Source of the DNA: Parcubacteria group bacterium
GTDB taxonomy: Bacteria > Patescibacteriota > Minisyncoccia > Moranbacterales > UBA9337
Reading direction: 5' to 3'
Assembly: GCA_041662245.1 (NCBI GenBank)
Contig: JBAZSW010000005.1
Location: forward strand, 57,837-121,836
DNA: 64,000 nt
Positions within the stretch are counted from its first letter, which is position 1; the number at the start of each line of letters is the position of its first letter. The position numbers and the translations under genes were made by a program. Of the stretch, positions 18,256 through 27,043 are shown piece after piece. The notes below the pieces were generated by a model. The model worked only from the letters and a program-made list of their open reading frames with translations, did not search any database and had not been told where the DNA came from.

Positions 18256-18585
18256 TTATGAAAAAAAATCCATAATTTCTTGGCGATATTTTTCCGGAGT
18301 TTTTATTTCCATAGTGACGCTTTCCCAATCTTCAAATGTTACTTTCTGCTTATAAATAGATAAAAGCCCGGCGCCAACAGGTTTTTGATTCTCGAGAATA
18401 ATTACACCTGAGACTTTCTCGTGAATTTCTGCATGGTATTTGCCCTCGGGTAAATCTATAAATGCCATAATCAAAATTCCTCCACTGGAAAGTTTATAAT
18501 ACAGGAATTTAAAAATATCGCCAGTTATTACCCTAGAATCGTAGGGTATAATTTTTCCAAATTCATCAATATGAAAAGCTTCCAT
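18256..18585 (-). CDS. Hypothetical protein (109 aa)
   Basis: ORF only. Confidence 0.4.
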   Translation of the reverse strand: MEAFHIDEFGKIIPYDSRVITGDIFKFLYYKLSSGGILIMAFIDLPEGKYHAEIHEKVSGVIILENQKPVGAGLLSIYKQKVTFEDWESVTMEIKTPEKYRQEIMDFFS

Positions 18586-18768
18586 AGTGTTCTCCTTATA
18601 GAGAGTTTGATATTTCTTTTGTGATAGTAGGTACTATATGTATTCTAAACGTTTTTTTTGCGAAATGTCAACTAAAAGCTGTTTTTGTTTGTTTGACAGA
18701 AAAATATTTCTATAGTAAGCTGTGGAATCGTACGTTCCCAATTAAATAGTCAATCAATCAAACAATAA

Positions 18769-19317
18769 ATGCAATCATGCAAAGGAGGAATCGGTATGTC
18801 ATATAATTGCCCGTATTGTAAAGGTAATTTGCGGTTTGAGGTGGCTTGTTGTCAAGGTGAGAAGGCAGTAAAGCGCGTTCTCACAGAGGAAGAATATGAA
18901 AAAGTTGAGGCAGAGCATAAAGAGCAATTACGCATAGATAGGGAGATTGCCGAGAAAAAGAAAAAAATCCAAGCAGACTTTCGGAAGTTCGAAGGAAACT
19001 GGAAATATTGGACGAGAAATATCTTGGCAGATGGGGATCTTGCAATATTCTTTTATATGATATTTACTACATTTGCGTTCTTTTTCATTATAGCATGCAC
19101 TGCGGAGTATTATTTCCTCACATTTCAATTGGAGGCCTCAATTCGCCGAGTCTGTGTACTTTTATTTGGAGTGTCCATATTAGTGCTCTTTATTCTTGGG
19201 GGTGTATATTTTTGTCGCCGGAGGCGTTCTCTGATAGAAAGATATCTGGCAAATCTCAAAGCAAGATTTTTTGAGATTAATCCAAGAGCTGTTATGTATA
19301 TCGATGACTTGACATAG
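18769..19317 (+). CDS. Hypothetical membrane protein with an N-terminal CxxC...CC zinc-ribbon-like motif, a coiled-coil and 2-3 TM helices
   Basis: CPYCKGNLRFEVACCQGE followed by a charged helix and hydrophobic stretches. Confidence 0.45.
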   Translation: MQSCKGGIGMSYNCPYCKGNLRFEVACCQGEKAVKRVLTEEEYEKVEAEHKEQLRIDREIAEKKKKIQADFRKFEGNWKYWTRNILADGDLAIFFYMIFTTFAFFFIIACTAEYYFLTFQLEASIRRVCVLLFGVSILVLFILGGVYFCRRRRSLIERYLANLKARFFEINPRAVMYIDDLT

Positions 19318-19341
19318 GGCAGGAAAATTTCTGTCATCAAA

Positions 19342-19376
19342 AAGCCGTCGTTGGTCTAACTGACGCGGCTTTTTTC
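19342..19376 (+). terminator. Rho-independent terminator
   Basis: agccgtcg ttggtctaact gacgcggct tttttc. Confidence 0.65.
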
Positions 19377-19430
19377 TATGGGGAAATAAAAAATTAAAAC
19401 TTTATCATCATGTGAATAAGATGAGATGTG

Positions 19431-19459
19431 TTGACAAATCTTTCGATATACTATATATT
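19431..19459 (+). promoter_or_regulatory. Near-consensus sigma70-type promoter (TTGACA-17-TATATT)
   Basis: ttgacaaatctttcgatatactatatt in the 400-bp intergenic region upstream of secE. Confidence 0.5.
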
Positions 19460-19506
19460 TATAACGTAAAAGCCCCAAAAGGCTTTTTAAAAAAGGCTTA
19501 GAAACT

Positions 19507-19690
19507 GTCTAAAATCTTGACGCAAAATGACCGCAGAAAATAAATGCTCGTCCGCTAAAACACCGAAATTCTAGCTGCAAAACTTCGCTTCAGCCTCGAC
19601 GTATCTCGATATGCCTCGGCTTCCAACTTGTTTTTCGCTTAGAATTTCAGCGTTTTATCAGGACGCGAGATTTTAGACAGTTTCAATAAT
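19507..19690 (+). ncRNA. Candidate structured RNA or leader: a ~185-nt GC-enriched segment closed by a 17-bp perfect terminal stem (6S-RNA-like architecture, or a TIR-bounded element)
   Basis: The 5' gaaactgtctaaaatct pairs perfectly with the 3' agattttagacagtttc. Interior GC content is higher than the flanks. It lies downstream of a strong promoter and upstream of secE. Confidence 0.3.
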
Positions 19691-19714
19691 ATCCCTAAAA
19701 ATTAAAAAAAATAA

Positions 19715-19900
19715 ATGAAAGCAATTTTTAATTTTATCATAGAAGCTAAGGCAGAATTACTAAAGGTTAACTGGCCAACCAAGAAGCAAACTCTAAATTA
19801 TACGTTGATAATAATCGGCGTGAGTTTGGCGGTGGCTCTATTTTTGGGAGGATTAGACTATGCTTTTAGCGGAATTTTGAAAAAGTTTATAATTAAATAG
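19715..19900 (+). CDS. secE: Preprotein translocase subunit SecE
   Basis: A 61-aa single-TM protein preceding nusG, in the conserved secE-nusG-rplKA cluster. Confidence 0.8.
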   Translation: MKAIFNFIIEAKAELLKVNWPTKKQTLNYTLIIIGVSLAVALFLGGLDYAFSGILKKFIIK

Positions 19901-20004
19901 CTAAGATTAGTTCACGGTTATTGGTTGACGGTTCACAGTATTTATTTTTAAATTATTAATAATTTTACTAGTTACTGATTACAAGTTACTAGTTACTAAT
20001 ATAT

Positions 20005-20550
20005 ATGGCAAAACAAAGTCAACATCATGGGCGCGCTTGGTATGTGCTCCATACTTATTCCGGTTACGAAGATAACGTAGCATATAACCTAAAGCAAAGA
20101 ATCGAATCCATGGATATGCAAGATTTAATCTTTGATGTAATTGTTCCTAAAGAAAAAAAGATTAAGATTAAAAGTGGTAAAAGAGTAACGATAGAAGAGA
20201 GGATTTATCCCGGATATGTCCTAGTAGATATGATTGTAACAGACGCTTCTTGGTATGTGGTCAGAAACACACCCAATGTTACAGGATTTATCGGTCTGGG
20301 AACAACTCCAACTCCTATTGATCCAGAAGAAGTAAAGGCTCTTAAAAAGAGAATTGGAGTTTCTGAGCCAAAATATAAATTGGATATTAAAGAAGGAGAA
20401 TCAGTTAAAATTACTGACGGACCGTTTAAGGATCATGATGGTAAGGTAAAAGAAATTGATGAGGAGAGAGGAAAGGTAAAAGTTTCTGTTTCAATCTTTG
20501 GTAGAGAAACACCGGTTGAATTGGACTTTTTACAAATTAAGAAAATATAA
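20005..20550 (+). CDS. nusG: Transcription termination/antitermination factor NusG
   Basis: NGN domain (WYVLHTYSGYE) plus a KOW motif (KITDGPFKDHDGKVKEID). Confidence 0.9.
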   Translation: MAKQSQHHGRAWYVLHTYSGYEDNVAYNLKQRIESMDMQDLIFDVIVPKEKKIKIKSGKRVTIEERIYPGYVLVDMIVTDASWYVVRNTPNVTGFIGLGTTPTPIDPEEVKALKKRIGVSEPKYKLDIKEGESVKITDGPFKDHDGKVKEIDEERGKVKVSVSIFGRETPVELDFLQIKKI

Positions 20551-20672
20551 TTATTTAGCTTGTAGGTTGTGGGGTTAGCTTTTAGCCAGCTCAAAAATCT
20601 ACTGTCTAAAAAACTAATATACTAATAACAATTAACTACTAGCCACCAGCTACTAGCTAACTATCTAATAAA

Positions 20673-21095
20673 ATGGCAAAGGCAAAAACAGTTATAAAAC
20701 TTCAAATACCCGCCGGAAAAGCAAATCCGGCTCCACCAGTTGGACCAGCTTTGGGACAACATGGTGTTAATATTCAAGATTTTTGTTCTCAATTTAATAA
20801 TAGGAGCCAAGAGAGAATGGGAGATATTGTTCCTGTGGAAATTACAGTGAATGAAGACAGAAGCTTTTCTTTTATTATGAAAACTTCTCCTGCTTCAGAT
20901 TTATTAAAGAAAGCCGCCGGTGTTGAGAAAGGTGCTGGTAATCCATTGAAAGACAAAGTTGGAAAAGTTACCAAAGCTCAGGTAAAAGAAATTGCAGAGA
21001 AAAAGATGGAAGATTTGAACGCTGATGATGTGGAGGCAGCAATGAAAATTATTGAAGGAACTGCTCGTTCAATGGGAATTAAAGTTGAGGGTTAG
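20673..21095 (+). CDS. rplK: 50S ribosomal protein L11
   Basis: [34 protein letters not shown]. Confidence 0.95.
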   Translation: MAKAKTVIKLQIPAGKANPAPPVGPALGQHGVNIQDFCSQFNNRSQERMGDIVPVEITVNEDRSFSFIMKTSPASDLLKKAAGVEKGAGNPLKDKVGKVTKAQVKEIAEKKMEDLNADDVEAAMKIIEGTARSMGIKVEG

Positions 21096-21247
21096 GAATA
21101 TAAGAACTTAGAAATGTAGGAATTTAGGAAATTTAGATATAATAATTTAATTAATTTGTGGGAGAAAATTAGTTGAGAATAAAAAGTTAAAAGTTAAATA
21201 TTAACTTTAAGAATTTTACTAACTATTTTCGTTTACCACGAAAAAAT

Positions 21248-21919
21248 ATGAGAAGAGGAAAAAAATACAAAGGAATAGCCGAGAAAGTAGAAAGGAATAA
21301 AATTTATTCTTTAGAAGAGGCGTTGGCAATTATCAAAGAAAACAAGGCGGCTAATTTTGATGAATCAGTGGAAGCTCATGTAAAAACTAATATTGATCCT
21401 AAAAAAGGAGATCAACAACTTCGAGGTTCAGTAGTTTTGCCACATGGAACGGGTAAGGCTAAAAGAATTGCGGTTATTACTACTACTAAAGCTAAAGAAG
21501 CTAAAGAAGCTAAAGCAGATATTGTTGGTGGAGAAGAACTAATTGATAATATTAAGAAAGGAAAAATTAATTTTGATATTTTAGTTGCTACTCCAGAAAT
21601 GATGCCTAAACTTGCATCAGTGGCTAAAATTCTTGGACCAAAAGGAATTATGCCTAATCCAAAAACTGATACAGTAACTGATAAGATAAAAGAGGCGGTA
21701 GAAATGCTCAAAAAAGGAAAGGTGAGTTTCAAAAATGACAACACGGGGAATGTTCATCAAGTTTTTGGGAAAGCTTCATTTGAAGTTGCTCAATTAAAAG
21801 AAAATTTGGATGCTCTTCTTGAAGCACTTGAAAAAGCCAAACAAGAAGCAGTAAAAGGAAAATTAATGGAGAAAGTAGTGATTTGTTCTACGATGGGACC
21901 AGGACTACGAATCAAATAA
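21248..21919 (+). CDS. rplA: 50S ribosomal protein L1
   Basis: L1 family sequence and conserved position after rplK. Confidence 0.9.
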   Translation: MRRGKKYKGIAEKVERNKIYSLEEALAIIKENKAANFDESVEAHVKTNIDPKKGDQQLRGSVVLPHGTGKAKRIAVITTTKAKEAKEAKADIVGGEELIDNIKKGKINFDILVATPEMMPKLASVAKILGPKGIMPNPKTDTVTDKIKEAVEMLKKGKVSFKNDNTGNVHQVFGKASFEVAQLKENLDALLEALEKAKQEAVKGKLMEKVVICSTMGPGLRIK

Positions 21920-22068
21920 TTTTCAAAAAAACTTCATATAAAAAAACTGCTCTGAAATATGGGTGGTTTTTTGTTTGGCGCGAAGGGCTTGCTGTGTATA
22001 TTTTTAATTTTTTAATAGTTTATTGCTAAAATGTTTTATGTTTTATGTTTTTATGCTATTATTCAAAT

Positions 22069-22500
22069 ATGGAAAATAAAATAGTAATCTACACAGACGG
22101 TGGTTCGCGGGGCAATCCTGGGCCGGCCGGAATTGGTGTTTGGATTGAAACATTAAATAAGAAATATGGAGAGTGTATCGGAATAAAAACCAACAATGAT
22201 GCTGAATACGAAGCATTGATTTTTGGTTTGAAAAAAGTTAAAGCACTTTTGGGAAAAACTAAGGCCAAACAATTTAAAATTGAGTGTTATGCTGATAGTG
22301 AGCTAATGGTCAAACAACTCAATCATATTTATAAGCTTAAAGAAGAAAGAATTCAAAAATATTTTATTGAAATTTGGAATTTAATATTAGATTTTAAAAC
22401 AGTTAAATTTAATCATGTTCCACGTGAAAAAAATACTATAGCGGATGGGATGGTTAATGAGGCGTTGGATGGGAAATGCAAGCAAGAAAGCCTGCTGTAA
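22069..22500 (+). CDS. rnhA: Ribonuclease HI
   Basis: IYTDGGSRGNPGPAGIGV...YADSELMVKQLN RNase H catalytic residues. The start at 22069 is preferred over 22045. Confidence 0.8.
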   Translation: MENKIVIYTDGGSRGNPGPAGIGVWIETLNKKYGECIGIKTNNDAEYEALIFGLKKVKALLGKTKAKQFKIECYADSELMVKQLNHIYKLKEERIQKYFIEIWNLILDFKTVKFNHVPREKNTIADGMVNEALDGKCKQESLL

Positions 22501-22537
22501 GTGTGAATTATGAATCAAGAATTAAGAATTATGAATT

Positions 22538-22933
22538 ATGGAAAACAAAAAAGAAAAAATAAAATCATTTACTGATTTAAACGCTTGGAGAGAAGGACAT
22601 AAGTTGGTTTTAGAAATTTATAATATAACGAAACTATTTCCTGAAGATGAGAGATTTGGTTTAATTTCTCAGATGAGAAGATGTGCAGTTTCTATAACAT
22701 CAAATATCGCAGAGGGTTTTAGCCGTAAGGGTATGAAGGAAAAAATTCAGTTTTATCATATATCTCTTGGATCTATAACAGAATTGCAAAATCAGCTATT
22801 GATCTGTAGAGATTTAAAAATTTTAGATAATGATAAATTTAAAAAAATAGCCCAGCAGACGACGCTGGTACAAAAAATTACCAACGGATTAATCAAGTCA
22901 ACAAAATATATGAATTCTGAATTTAATTCATAA
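22538..22933 (+). CDS. Four-helix-bundle protein (23S rRNA intervening-sequence protein family), copy 1
   Basis: AW..GHKLVLEIY..T..FP..ERFGLISQMRRCAVSITSNIAEGF.R. Flanked by the inverted repeat tgaattaagaatta. Confidence 0.85.
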   Translation: MENKKEKIKSFTDLNAWREGHKLVLEIYNITKLFPEDERFGLISQMRRCAVSITSNIAEGFSRKGMKEKIQFYHISLGSITELQNQLLICRDLKILDNDKFKKIAQQTTLVQKITNGLIKSTKYMNSEFNS

Positions 22934-22956
22934 TTCTTAATTCACGTAAAATAAAT

Positions 22957-23970
22957 ATGAAAAGAAGAAAAAAAATAATAATTTGGGTAGTAATATTGGC
23001 AGTTTTAGGTGCAGGAGCCTATTATTATTTCAAGCCCAAAAAAACTGGTCTAGAATATACTACCGAAAAAGTAGCTAAGGCAGATATTAAACAGACAGTT
23101 TCTGTAACGGGAGAAGTGAGCGATATCAGCAGATTAGACATTACTCCTGAGATAAGTGGGACGGTAGATGAATTGTTAGTAAAAGTTGGAGACAAGGTTA
23201 TTAAAGGACAAAAAATTGCCAAGATAAATGATTCCGTTGTGCGGTCACAGTTAAATGAGTCAATGATTGCCCTTCAAACTCAGCAAGAGCAATTAACTTT
23301 AAAAAGAAGAAAATGGGAATCTCTGGCTCCCGAGGAAAGGGAGTTGGCAAAACTAGCTGTGGAGAGTGCTCGGGCGGCCACGTGGACGATTCAAAAGCAA
23401 CTTAAAAAAAATGTAGTCTATGCCCCCGTAGATGGAATAGTCACAAAAAAATATTTAGAAGTAGGAGAGATGGCTTCAGTGGCAACTCCTATAGTAACTA
23501 TTTCTGGAGAAAAAGGTTTTGAAATTAAAGCTAATATTCCAGAGTCAGATATTAATAAAATTGAAATAGGACAAAAAGGGAAATCAACTTTTGATGCTTT
23601 TCTTTCAGATGAAATATTTGAATTTGAAGTTACTGAAATTGAGCCAGCTGCAACCATTATTCAAGACGTGGTTTATTATGAGGTGACTTTTAAAATTTTA
23701 ACTCAAGATAATCGTATTAAATCAGGAATGAGTACAGATATTGATATTTTAACAGATGAAAAGAAAGATGTTTTGGCAGTTTCTAATCAAGCTATTAAAA
23801 ATGATGAAGGTAATCGATATGTGGAAGTTTTGGAATTAAAAGACAAGGTCAAAACTACTAGAAAAATAAATGTAAAAGCAGGATTAAGAGGAGATGATGG
23901 AATGACGGAAATTATTTCGGGATTAAATGGTGGTGAGGAAGTAATAACTTTTACAAAGGAAGCTAAATAA
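22957..23970 (+). CDS. Efflux transporter periplasmic adaptor subunit (HlyD/MacA-like)
   Basis: N-terminal TM, coiled-coil, and beta-barrel/lipoyl-like motifs of the membrane-fusion-protein family. Confidence 0.75.
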   Translation: MKRRKKIIIWVVILAVLGAGAYYYFKPKKTGLEYTTEKVAKADIKQTVSVTGEVSDISRLDITPEISGTVDELLVKVGDKVIKGQKIAKINDSVVRSQLNESMIALQTQQEQLTLKRRKWESLAPEERELAKLAVESARAATWTIQKQLKKNVVYAPVDGIVTKKYLEVGEMASVATPIVTISGEKGFEIKANIPESDINKIEIGQKGKSTFDAFLSDEIFEFEVTEIEPAATIIQDVVYYEVTFKILTQDNRIKSGMSTDIDILTDEKKDVLAVSNQAIKNDEGNRYVEVLELKDKVKTTRKINVKAGLRGDDGMTEIISGLNGGEEVITFTKEAK

Positions 23971-24018
23971 GAACTTAGGAATGCAAGAATTTAGGAATCT
24001 AGGAATATAAAAAATTAG

Positions 24019-24408
24019 GTGTTTAGAAATATGGGAAATGAAAAGATAAAGGATTTTACAGACTTAATCGTTTGGAAAGAGGGACATAAATTGGTATTAA
24101 TGATTTATGATGCTACAAATAACTTTCCTAAAAATGAAAGATTTGGTTTAGTTTCTCAGATGAGGAGATGCGCAGTTTCCATTACATCTAATATTGCAGA
24201 AGGATTTGGAAGAAAAGGATACAAAGAGAAACTGCAATTTTATTATGTGTCATCAGGATCGCTTAGCGAATTGAAAAATCAGACTTTAATTGCTAAAGAT
24301 GTAAAATATTTATCCGAAAAATCTTTTATTGATATTATGCAACGAGCTGATTCTACGCACAAACTTTTAAATTTATTTATATCGAAAACAAAAACATTTG
24401 TATCTTGA
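24019..24408 (+). CDS. Four-helix-bundle protein (23S rRNA IVS protein family), copy 2
   Basis: LIVWKEGHKLVLMIY...RFGLVSQMRRCAVSITSNIAEGFGRKG. Confidence 0.85.
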   Translation: MFRNMGNEKIKDFTDLIVWKEGHKLVLMIYDATNNFPKNERFGLVSQMRRCAVSITSNIAEGFGRKGYKEKLQFYYVSSGSLSELKNQTLIAKDVKYLSEKSFIDIMQRADSTHKLLNLFISKTKTFVS

Positions 24409-24475
24409 GTTTTTACATTTACAAATTCCAAAATTTTTAGTCTCTTAAATTCATATATTCTTAACTTCTCAAAAA

Positions 24476-25204
24476 ATGTCAACTCCATTAATTCAAATAA
24501 AAAATCTAACTAAAACTTACATTAACGGTGAAGTGGAAACTTTGGCGTTGGGCAAAAATTCTTTTAATATAGAAAAGGGAGAATTTGTTTCCATTATGGG
24601 CCCGAGCGGTAGTGGTAAATCAACCTTGATGCAAATGCTAGGACTTTTGGATAAGCCCAGTGGAGGGGAATATTTTTTAGAGGGTAAAAATACAAGAGAT
24701 TTTTCAGATGATATTTTGGCCGAAACTAGAAATAGTAAAATTGGTTTTGTTTTTCAAACCTTTAATCTCTTGCCTCGCACTAGCGTATATGAAAATGTCG
24801 AATTGCCCCTTCTGTATAATAGAGATATTAGTAGCAGTATTAATGAAAAGAAAATTACCGAAGCTTTAAAATCAGTGGGGATGGAACATCGAACTAGCTA
24901 TCTTTCTAATCAGCTTTCTGGAGGAGAAAAACAAAGAGTAGCTATCGCACGAGCGTTGGTAACTGATCCAGAGATAATTTTTGCTGATGAGCCAACAGGA
25001 AATTTAGATTCAAAAAGTGGAACCCAAATAATGGAAATTTTACAAAAACTGAATAATGAAGGAAAAACGATTATCTTGGTAACACATGAAACTTTTACTG
25101 CTCAACATGCTAAAAGAATTTTAAATGTAAAAGATGGTTTGATAATTTCTGACGAAATAGTAAAAGATAGAAAAATTGCCCAAGATGGAGAACTGCTAAA
25201 ATAA
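24476..25204 (+). CDS. ABC transporter ATP-binding protein (MacB/LolD-type)
   Basis: Walker [10 protein letters not shown], signature [15 protein letters not shown], and Walker [13 protein letters not shown]. Confidence 0.9.
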   Translation: MSTPLIQIKNLTKTYINGEVETLALGKNSFNIEKGEFVSIMGPSGSGKSTLMQMLGLLDKPSGGEYFLEGKNTRDFSDDILAETRNSKIGFVFQTFNLLPRTSVYENVELPLLYNRDISSSINEKKITEALKSVGMEHRTSYLSNQLSGGEKQRVAIARALVTDPEIIFADEPTGNLDSKSGTQIMEILQKLNNEGKTIILVTHETFTAQHAKRILNVKDGLIISDEIVKDRKIAQDGELLK

Positions 25205-25230
25205 TTTCGAATTTCGAATTTCGAATTTCG
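25203..25230. repeat. (aatttcg)4 heptanucleotide tandem repeat in an intergenic spacer
   Basis: aatttcgaatttcgaatttcgaatttcg. Confidence 0.8.
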
Positions 25231-25318
25231 ATTGAATTTTAAATGAAATAATGTTTAAAAAATTAAAACATTAGAATTTGATTCAAAATTAAAAATTCTA
25301 AATTTAAAATTATTTGAA

Positions 25319-26566
25319 ATGCACATATTTATTCCCATAAAAATTTCTCTTAAAAATTTAATGGCGGCTAAATTCCGTTCTTTTTTAACTATTTTGGGAA
25401 TTATTATTGGGGTAGCTTCGGTGATTATTATTTTTGCTGTAGGGCAAAGTGCTCAAGAATTAATCCTTGATCAAATTAGGGGAGTGGGTTCAAATTTGGT
25501 GGGTGTTTTGCCAGGTGCCTCAGATGAAAAAGGTCCTCCTGCCTCGGCCATGGGCATAGTGATTACAACCTTGAAGTATAATGATTTTTTGGAACTTAAA
25601 AAACCAAAAAATGTAACTGGAGTAATGGCGGGGGCGGGTTATGTAATGGGAACGGCTACCATAGAAAATGATGGGACAGAACTGGGTATGTCTTTTACGG
25701 GCGTTACATCGCAGTATCCAGAAGTTGAAAGTACCGGAATGAGTGATGGAAGATTTTTTATTGAAGAAGAGGAAGTTAATTTATCCAAAGTTGTTGTTTT
25801 GGGAAAAACGGCAGCCAAGGATATTTTTGGAGATTCTGATCCAATAGGAAAAAAAATAAAAATTAATGATTATAAATTTACTGTAGTGGGGGTTCTCAAA
25901 GAAAGATCTTCAGCCGCTTTTGGTATGGCTAGTCAGGATGAAGCGGTTTTTGTCCCACTCTTTACAGCCCAAAAACTGCTTTTGGGTATCAATCATTTGG
26001 CTTACGTCAGGTTAAAAATAGATTCAATAGAGAATATTCCTATTGCCAAAGAAGATATTGCTATTACTCTCAGAAATCAGCATGATATTGAGGATCCAGA
26101 TGATGATGATTTTTCAGTTCGAGATCAGGCATCAGCTATAGATATAATAAGTACAATAACTAATGCCATGCGTTATTTTCTTTTGTCAGTAGGAACGATT
26201 TCTTTAATTGTGGGCGGAGTAGGGGTGATGAATGTGATGTTGATAGCTGTTAATCAAAGGATAAAAGAGGTGGGACTCCGAAAAGCAGTGGGGGCAAAAA
26301 ATAGTGATGTAATGCTTCAATTTTTAATTGAATCCGCCACGATATCTTTTATGGGAGGATTAATCGGAATAATCATTGGGATATCTTTTTCTTTTGGTGC
26401 CTCATTGATGATAAACTCATTGGGATATGATTGGAAATTTATTATTTCTCCCAGTTCGATTGTGATTGCTGCAACTGTTTCTATTATGATTGGAATAATT
26501 TTCGGTTTGTATCCAGCTTTAAAGGCAGCCAAAATTAGTCCGATGGAAGCTTTGCGTTATGAATAG
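25319..26566 (+). CDS. ABC transporter permease, FtsX/MacB-like (MacB_PCD plus FtsX domains)
   Basis: N-terminal TM, large periplasmic domain and a C-terminal 3-TM FtsX domain. Partner of the ATPase. Confidence 0.8.
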   Translation: MHIFIPIKISLKNLMAAKFRSFLTILGIIIGVASVIIIFAVGQSAQELILDQIRGVGSNLVGVLPGASDEKGPPASAMGIVITTLKYNDFLELKKPKNVTGVMAGAGYVMGTATIENDGTELGMSFTGVTSQYPEVESTGMSDGRFFIEEEEVNLSKVVVLGKTAAKDIFGDSDPIGKKIKINDYKFTVVGVLKERSSAAFGMASQDEAVFVPLFTAQKLLLGINHLAYVRLKIDSIENIPIAKEDIAITLRNQHDIEDPDDDDFSVRDQASAIDIISTITNAMRYFLLSVGTISLIVGGVGVMNVMLIAVNQRIKEVGLRKAVGAKNSDVMLQFLIESATISFMGGLIGIIIGISFSFGASLMINSLGYDWKFIISPSSIVIAATVSIMIGIIFGLYPALKAAKISPMEALRYE

Positions 26567-26622
26567 TTTTAATTAAAAATTAAAAGTGCAAAATTAAAAG
26601 TTGCAATCCAAAATTAAAATTT

Positions 26623-27000
26623 ATGGAAAAGGAAGAATTTAAAAAAATGTTAAAATTAAGAGCCTTCAATCTGGCTCGAAATATAATGAAATTAACAGAT
26701 AGATTTCCTCAAAAAAGATCTGCTTGGGTAATAGCTGATCAATTACTTCGTTCCGCCACTAGTATTGGAGCCAATATAATAGAGGCACAAGCGGCCAGTT
26801 CAAAAAGAGATTTTATAAATTTTTTAAACCATGCACTAAAGAGTGGCAATGAAACCAAATTTTGGTTGGCATTAGCTAAAGATTTGGATGATAAATTAGT
26901 TCCAGAAATAGAAAAACAACTCAAAGAAACTGATGAGCTAGTAAGAATACTAGGTTCTAGCATAACAACTTTAAAAGGTAAGAAAACTTTGAATTGTTAA
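26623..27000 (+). CDS. Four-helix-bundle protein (23S rRNA IVS protein family), copy 3 (divergent)
   Basis: AFNLARNIMKLTDRFP...QLLRSATSIGANIIEAQA. Flanked by an inverted gtgcaaaattaaaagttgcaa / tgcaaagttaaaaatta. Confidence 0.75.
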   Translation: MEKEEFKKMLKLRAFNLARNIMKLTDRFPQKRSAWVIADQLLRSATSIGANIIEAQAASSKRDFINFLNHALKSGNETKFWLALAKDLDDKLVPEIEKQLKETDELVRILGSSITTLKGKKTLNC

Positions 27001-27043
27001 CTGTAATTTTTAACTTTGCATTTTTAAATTTTAATTTAATAAC

